In this document: positions 58,792 through 64,000 of the stretch, one piece after another
Layout of the letters: each line of letters opens with the position of its first letter
How positions within the stretch are numbered: position 1 is the stretch's first letter
NCBI GenBank assembly: GCA_965203435.1
Contig: CBDBCU010000003.1
Span: forward strand, 3,583 to 67,582
Direction: 5' to 3'
Length of the DNA: 64,000 nucleotides
DNA from: Dehalococcoidia bacterium
GTDB taxonomy: Bacteria > Chloroflexota > Dehalococcoidia > Lucifugimonadales > UBA3495
The notes under the pieces: generated by a model
The model's input: only the letters and a program-made list of their open reading frames with translations
Database searches by the model: none
Told to the model about the DNA's origin: nothing
Program-made: the position numbers and the translations under genes

Positions 58792-60579
58792 ATGTCCAAA
58801 GTTCCCGCCATTCTGGTCCTTTCCTTGATTGCCGCCCTGGCTTTAGTTTGGGGCTGGGCTCTGAACACGGCTTTCGCCGGGGAAAGCGACGGCGACTTGG
58901 CCGGCGGCCTCCGCTTTGTGGCCCAGGAAAACACGGCTATCCTTCACTCCAGCGAGAGCAGCGTGGTGCCGAACCAGCGGATAACCCTGCGCGGCGAGCA
59001 TTTCAGCCCGGACGCTACCCTCAGTTCCATTGTCATCGGCGCGGTTAACCTCCCCGGCAGCGACAGCATTAACCTTCCCGGCGGCCGCATCAACGACGGT
59101 GATGATGTCAGTATCGACAGCAACGGCAACTGGTCGGCGAAAGTGGACTTGCCGCACACCGACAGCCTCCTCTCGTCGCTGTCCCGAGACATCGTGGCTA
59201 CGGATTCTGAGGGCGTCTCGGGCCGCACCCGCGTGAGCGGCACCGAACCCCGCCTTTCGGTCCGGCCCGACTCCGGCCCCGCGGGATCCGCGGTCACGGT
59301 GCGCGGCCGCAGCTTTCCCGCCGGGAACGACAATGGCGACAGCGTCTCCGTCCGGGTGGGCTATTTGGATGGCGATGCGGTGCCGCGCAACTATCTCGCC
59401 ACTTGGACGATTGAACCCGATGGGGATGGGGACTTTGAGCTCGAGATAACGGTGCCGGACAATGTTCCCGCGCCCTCGGACAACATTATCGATGCGTCCT
59501 TCGGCATCTTTTATGAGGTGTACGGATACGAAAGCCGGGTAGGATATGGGGTGGATCATTCGGTGCCGGCGGTTGCCACGCCTACGCCGGAGCCGACGGC
59601 CACGCCGCAACCGACGCCTACGCCGGTTCCGGAGCCGACGCCCACGCCCGTACCTACGGCTACGCCCACGCCGGCCCCGACCGCCACGCCCGTTCCGGCG
59701 CCTACCCCTACGCCCACGCCGGAACTCTGGCAATTCCCGGTAACGGAGGGTACGCCCACGCCGACGCCCGTTCCTACGGCTACGCCGCGGCCAACGCCCA
59801 CGCCGACTCCCCAACCGACCGCCACGCCGCAACCGACCTCCACGCCTATTCCGGGAGCTACGCCCACGCCGACGCCGCAGCCGACCCCGACGCCGGTACC
59901 TACCGCCACGCCCATTCCCACGCCCACGCCAACCCCGGCGCCTACTCCGACGCCGGCGGCCACGCCGGCCCATACCGCCACGCCTACGCCGGCTTTGCAC
60001 GCGACCTCGACTCCGGCAGCGCCGCTGCCGGCGGCCCCGACTCAATTGCCCGGCAATAGCAACGAGCCGCCGCATATATTCTCCGGCCGGGCTACCCTGG
60101 ACGGCAATTCCGTGGGGCCGGGCACCGCCATTAACGCCTACGACAGCGAAAATACCCTGGTCGGGGCTACCACTACCATCGCCGGCGGCCGGTTCAGCAT
60201 CCACGTCCATCGGGCCGCCCATCCCATCACTTTCCAGGTGGGCCGGGATACGGCTGCCGAGGGCTGGTCGGGGGCTTGGCAGTCCGGGCAGGTAACCAGC
60301 GGCTTTAACCTGAGCGTGGGCGATGCCGGCTCCGGGACGGATGCCGCCGGCCTGTTCCGCGCCCTGCCGCAACTGCTGCGGGCTTTCAGCTTTGACAATG
60401 CCACCAAGGAATGGGCTTTCTTTGACCGGCAGGCGGCGGATTTCAGCACCATTACCCGCTTTATTCCCCGGAACTACTACTGGTTCCTGGTCTCCGGCAC
60501 CACCAGCCTGGTGCTGAACGGGGTGGAGCGGGAGCTGACCTGCGTAGAGGACAACTGCTGGAATGTGATTGTGTGGTAA
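58792..60579 (+). CDS. secreted protein with IPT/TIG-like N-terminal repeats, long Pro/Thr linker and C-terminal domain
   Basis: Signal peptide ...ALNTAFA. ITLRGEHFSP and VTVRGRSFP strands. About 155-aa (T/A/V/Q)P(T/E)P low-complexity region. Confidence 0.75.
   Translation: MSKVPAILVLSLIAALALVWGWALNTAFAGESDGDLAGGLRFVAQENTAILHSSESSVVPNQRITLRGEHFSPDATLSSIVIGAVNLPGSDSINLPGGRINDGDDVSIDSNGNWSAKVDLPHTDSLLSSLSRDIVATDSEGVSGRTRVSGTEPRLSVRPDSGPAGSAVTVRGRSFPAGNDNGDSVSVRVGYLDGDAVPRNYLATWTIEPDGDGDFELEITVPDNVPAPSDNIIDASFGIFYEVYGYESRVGYGVDHSVPAVATPTPEPTATPQPTPTPVPEPTPTPVPTATPTPAPTATPVPAPTPTPTPELWQFPVTEGTPTPTPVPTATPRPTPTPTPQPTATPQPTSTPIPGATPTPTPQPTPTPVPTATPIPTPTPTPAPTPTPAATPAHTATPTPALHATSTPAAPLPAAPTQLPGNSNEPPHIFSGRATLDGNSVGPGTAINAYDSENTLVGATTTIAGGRFSIHVHRAAHPITFQVGRDTAAEGWSGAWQSGQVTSGFNLSVGDAGSGTDAAGLFRALPQLLRAFSFDNATKEWAFFDRQAADFSTITRFIPRNYYWFLVSGTTSLVLNGVERELTCVEDNCWNVIVW
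59575..60045 (+). repeat. Pro/Thr-rich low-complexity coding repeat
   Basis: Iterated ACGCC(C/G)ACGCCG-type codon runs encoding PTPTPxP. Confidence 0.85.
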
Positions 60580-60619
60580 TTCTGGCCGGCGGCGATGGCC
60601 GTTGCCGCTGACCGGGTAT

Positions 60620-60659
60620 AGGCGGCGTCATCCCTATAGCCAAGGGGATGACGCCGCCT
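60620..60659 (+). terminator. strong stem-loop after the secreted-protein gene
   Basis: AGGCGGCGTCATCCC, 10-nt loop, GGGATGACGCCGCCT. No T-tract follows. Confidence 0.45.
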
Positions 60660-60718
60660 CGCCTCCGGCCTAGACCGAAATACAAACCGCCCCATTCCCT
60701 TGCCACAAGGACAAGCCA

Positions 60719-63316
60719 TTGATACCCCTTAAACTCCACATCCGCAACTTTCTTTCCTATCGGGAAAAGGTACCGGCCCTGGATTTGTCCGGGGTTCATG
60801 TGGCCTGCCTGTGCGGCGACAACGGGCATGGCAAGTCGGCCCTGCTGGATGCCATTACCTGGTGCTTGTGGGGCAAGGCCCGGGGGCGGGTGCAGGATGA
60901 TTTGGTTTCCTACGGGGCCGAGGATTGCCGGGTGGAGCTGGAGTTTCTGGCCCGGGGCAGCCGCTACCGGGTAATCCGCAGTCGGATCCGGGCCGGCGGG
61001 CGGCGGCGGCAGGGGGCCGGGGATTTGCAGTTGCAAGCCCTCGGCATTGCGGAAGGGGCCGCGCCGCAAGTGGCCTCGGGCAACACCATCGCGGAAACCC
61101 AGGCCCGAATTGAGCAGCTGGTGGGGATGGAGTACGATACCTTTATCAACTCCGCCTTTCTGTTGCAAGGCCGGGCCGACGAGTTCACCAACAAAACGCC
61201 GGCGGAACGCAAGACGGTGCTGGCGGCCATCCTGGGCTTGGACGCTTATGAACGCTATCAGGGCCAAGCGCGCCGCAAGCACACCGAAACCCGGGCCGAA
61301 ACTGACCGCTTGACCGGTAGCCTGGCCCAAGTGCAGCGGGAATTGGCGGAATTGGGCGATCCGTCCCCAGAACTGGCGGCCGTGGCCCAGGAATTGGCCG
61401 CCTTGCAGGAACAATTGGCGGAAAGACGGGAACAAGCCGAGGATTTGCGGCAGCAAGTCAGCCGATTGGAAAGCCAGGCGGCCGCTTTGACCGAAAGGCA
61501 GCGGCTGTTGACGCAGGTAGAAAGCGATATTGAGCAGCTGACGGCCAGTATCCGCGCCGCCGAAATCCGCTTGCAGGAATATCGGCATTTGGCGGCGCAA
61601 GCGGCGGAAATTGCGGCCGGGATGGAGCAATTGGCCCAAGCCCGGCAGCAGTTTGCGGCGTTGGAATCCACCCGGCAGCGGGCCGGGGAACTGCAACAGG
61701 AACAGAACGAATGTCAGCAAGCCATCGGCATCCAGCAAGCCCGGCAGGAAGCGGAGCTCGCGCAGCTGCGCCGCCGCATTGACCGGGAATTATCGCCCAA
61801 AGCCGCCGCCGGGCCGGAATTGATGGCGGCCTTGGCCGCGGCTCAGGAAAAGCTGGACGGGTTGGCCGCCGGGGAACAGGAGATCGCCGCCGGCCGCCGC
61901 CGACTGCAAACCTTGGCCGACAGCATCGGCGAGGCCCGGGCTACGGCAGAACGGTATCAGGGGGAAGGGAAACAGCTGAACGAAAAACTGCATCTGCTGG
62001 AAAACAGCGATCCGGCGGCGGCTCTTTGCCCCCTCTGCCAAACGCCGCTGCAAGCGGACGGCTGCCAGCGCTTGGCCGCCGCCTATCAACAGGAAATTGC
62101 GGAAAAGCGCCAGCTCTATCGGGAAAACAGCCGCCAACTGAAAGAGTTGGAGGGACAAGCGGCGGCTCTGGAAAAGGAATTGCCCCGGCAGGAACGGCAA
62201 CAGGCCAAGGCCGGCAATGAAATCCGCGCCCATATCGCCCAACTAGAACAGCGGATAGCGGAATCCCGGCAAGCCGAGGTTGAACTGGCCCAAGCCCAAA
62301 TCCAACTGGCGGCCGCCGTAGCCGCTTTGGAAGCCGGGGATTTTGCCCCGGAGGAACGGCGGCGATTGGCGGCGGTGACGGCCGCTTTGACCGCTCTGGC
62401 CTATAATGATGATGCCTACCAGCAAGGCTACCGGCGGATTCAGGAATTGCAGCCCTATGCCCAACGGGCGGCCGAGTTGCAGCAGGCTATCGAACGGCTG
62501 CCGGCCGAGGAAACGGCGTTACAGCAGGCGCAAGGGATGCTGCAACGGCGGCAGGAGGAACGGGCAGAACATCAAGAGCAGTTGCGGCAGGGAGCGGCGG
62601 CTCTGGAACAGCTGCCGGCGGCCCAAGCCCGTTGGCAGGAAACGGCGGCGGCCGTGGCCGCCCTGGAAAGCCGGCAGCAGACGGCATTGGGCCGTCAAGG
62701 TATGCTGGAAGGGCAGCAGCGGCGGCGGGAAGGGCTGATCGCTGAGGAGGTCGAAAACCGGGAACGGCTGGCCGTGTTGCAGGAGGAGCAGGGCATTTAT
62801 CAGGAACTGGTCAACGCTTTCGGCAAGCAGGGCATTCAGGCAATGCTGATTGAGACGGTGGTGCCGCGGCTGGAAGCGGAAGCCAACATCCTGCTGGGGC
62901 GGATGACCGACAATCGGATGCACGTGAAGTTGGAAACCCAGCGGGAACGGCGCAGCGGGCCGGGCGGCGAGCCGGTGGAAACCCTGGAAATCAATGTAAG
63001 CGATGAATTGGGCCTTCGCAGTTATGAAATGTATAGCGGCGGCGAGGCTTTTCGGGTCAACCTGGCCCTGCGGATTGCCCTGTCCAAAGTACTGTCCCAG
63101 CGCACCGGCGCGCCCTTGCCCACCCTCTTTATTGACGAAGGCTTTGGCACGCAGGACGCCGCCGGGCGGGAGCGGATTCTGGATGTCATCAGCGCCATTG
63201 AGCCGGATTTTGACAAAATCATTGTCATCACCCACTTGGACGACCTGAAGGATATGTTTCCGACCCGCATTGAGGTGCAGAAAGACGCCAACGGCTCGAC
63301 TTTCTGGCTGAGTTAG
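60719..63316 (+). CDS. sbcC: SbcC/Rad50-like SMC ATPase
   Basis: TTG start. LCGDNGHGKSALLDAI Walker A, long coiled-coil with CPLCQ zinc hook, SGGEAFRVNLALRIAL signature and LFIDEGFG Walker B. Confidence 0.85.
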   Translation: MIPLKLHIRNFLSYREKVPALDLSGVHVACLCGDNGHGKSALLDAITWCLWGKARGRVQDDLVSYGAEDCRVELEFLARGSRYRVIRSRIRAGGRRRQGAGDLQLQALGIAEGAAPQVASGNTIAETQARIEQLVGMEYDTFINSAFLLQGRADEFTNKTPAERKTVLAAILGLDAYERYQGQARRKHTETRAETDRLTGSLAQVQRELAELGDPSPELAAVAQELAALQEQLAERREQAEDLRQQVSRLESQAAALTERQRLLTQVESDIEQLTASIRAAEIRLQEYRHLAAQAAEIAAGMEQLAQARQQFAALESTRQRAGELQQEQNECQQAIGIQQARQEAELAQLRRRIDRELSPKAAAGPELMAALAAAQEKLDGLAAGEQEIAAGRRRLQTLADSIGEARATAERYQGEGKQLNEKLHLLENSDPAAALCPLCQTPLQADGCQRLAAAYQQEIAEKRQLYRENSRQLKELEGQAAALEKELPRQERQQAKAGNEIRAHIAQLEQRIAESRQAEVELAQAQIQLAAAVAALEAGDFAPEERRRLAAVTAALTALAYNDDAYQQGYRRIQELQPYAQRAAELQQAIERLPAEETALQQAQGMLQRRQEERAEHQEQLRQGAAALEQLPAAQARWQETAAAVAALESRQQTALGRQGMLEGQQRRREGLIAEEVENRERLAVLQEEQGIYQELVNAFGKQGIQAMLIETVVPRLEAEANILLGRMTDNRMHVKLETQRERRSGPGGEPVETLEINVSDELGLRSYEMYSGGEAFRVNLALRIALSKVLSQRTGAPLPTLFIDEGFGTQDAAGRERILDVISAIEPDFDKIIVITHLDDLKDMFPTRIEVQKDANGSTFWLS

Positions 63317-63360
63317 GCCGCCGGCGCTGGGTATCCTTTCCGTTAGGAAATGCAGTACGA

Positions 63361-63507
63361 TACCGTCATCACCGCTCTCTCTACCGTCATTCCCGCGCAA
63401 GCGGGAATCTGGAAGTTGCTTGCCGGGGATGCGGCGGCATTAGGGCATTACCGTTCTGGATTCCCGCTTGCGCGGGAATGACGGTAGAGAGCGGTGATGA
63501 CGGTGAT
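63361..63507. repeat. family-B MITE-like element with extended inverted termini
   Basis: TACCGTCATCACCGCTCTCTCTACCGTCATTCCCGCGCAAGCGGGAATC ... GGATTCCCGCTTGCGCGGGAATGACGGTAGAGAGCGGTGATGACGGTGA. Confidence 0.85.
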
Positions 63508-63550
63508 AAATCGTTGGGTATATGAAATTGCCTGACGGAGGGTAAAGGAA

Positions 63551-63973
63551 ATGCGGGACGACACTTGGAAAGGGTTTGTGGCGGAAAACCGGCGGGGGGT
63601 ATTGACGACCTTTCGGCGGGACGGGGCGGCGCAGATGAGCATTGTCACTGTCGGCCCCTATCGGGAGGGGGTAGCTTTCACCACCACGGAGGACCGGGCC
63701 AAGCTGCATAATCTGCGCCGCTGGCCGCAATGCTCCCTGCTGGTGGCCCGGGAAAACTGGTCGGCGTACATCGTGCTGCAAGGGGCCGCCCAGGTTTTTT
63801 CCACCGGCAACACCGACGGGGAGGAGCTGCGGTTGATGCTACGGGAGGTTTTCCACACGGCGGCAGCAATGGAACACCCGGATTGGGCGGAATATGACCG
63901 GGCTATGGTCGCGCAACGGCGTTCCGCCATCCTGGTCGTCCCGGAACAGATTTATGGGGGCAATGTTTCCTGA
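63551..63973 (+). CDS. pyridoxamine 5'-phosphate oxidase-fold (PPOX-class, probably F420/FMN-binding) protein
   Basis: 140 aa. RRGVLTTFRRDGAAQMSIV...FTT...AKLHNLRR.P...LLV pattern is typical of PPOX-class split-barrel proteins. Confidence 0.7.
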   Translation: MRDDTWKGFVAENRRGVLTTFRRDGAAQMSIVTVGPYREGVAFTTTEDRAKLHNLRRWPQCSLLVARENWSAYIVLQGAAQVFSTGNTDGEELRLMLREVFHTAAAMEHPDWAEYDRAMVAQRRSAILVVPEQIYGGNVS

Positions 63974-64000
63974 ACCGGGATGGCTACGAACCTATCCCTG

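Overview
This is a high-G+C bacterial chromosomal window, judged by eye rather than computed. The phylum cannot be assigned from the sequence alone and no rRNA is present. Coding is dense on both strands.

The backbone is housekeeping, repair and metabolism:
- M24 peptidase-like protein, PAC2-like protein, and two tandem RCC1-like/PQQ-sugar-dehydrogenase lipoprotein paralogues
- a TPP enzyme, a family-5-like UDG, and an imelysin + di-haem DUF1111 pair
- GMC oxidoreductase, HpaB-family monooxygenase, NIPSNAP, NspC
- PspA/PspAA with DUF4178/DUF350, tRNA-Pro(CGG), a TlpA-like thioredoxin, Mfd
- ProB/ProA, split transketolase, an amidohydrolase, and an overlapping Mug-ThpR-AlkA trio
- Ffh, an SbcC-like ATPase and a PPOX-class protein

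The accessory or unusual content is:
1. Three tandem 56-57-aa Lys/Pro-rich mini-genes directly upstream of the M24 gene. The array may continue past the window edge.
2. A 1031-aa single-chain gamma-type N6-adenine methyltransferase behind an AT-rich tract.
3. A visibly lower-G+C methyltransferase + PD-(D/E)XK-like cassette wedged exactly between two backbone genes.
4. A translationally coupled pair of a transglutaminase-like-core protein and a divergent SecA-like ATPase, downstream of tRNA-Pro and next to a second coupled pair (lipoprotein + unknown).
5. Two diverged copies of a secreted protein with conserved ends and a variable middle.
6. An IS6-like element carrying a Dam-like methylase with an in-frame TGA. 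It lies inside a segment bracketed by a ~70-bp duplication of the alkA-like 3' end.
7. Two abundant intergenic repeat families: hairpin-ended MITE-like units and a CAACAAGTTCAGGATGAGCGG-type REP.

Many long ORFs in the six-frame track are antisense shadows of high-G+C genes and are not called. All family assignments rest on motif recognition by eye. No database search was run.
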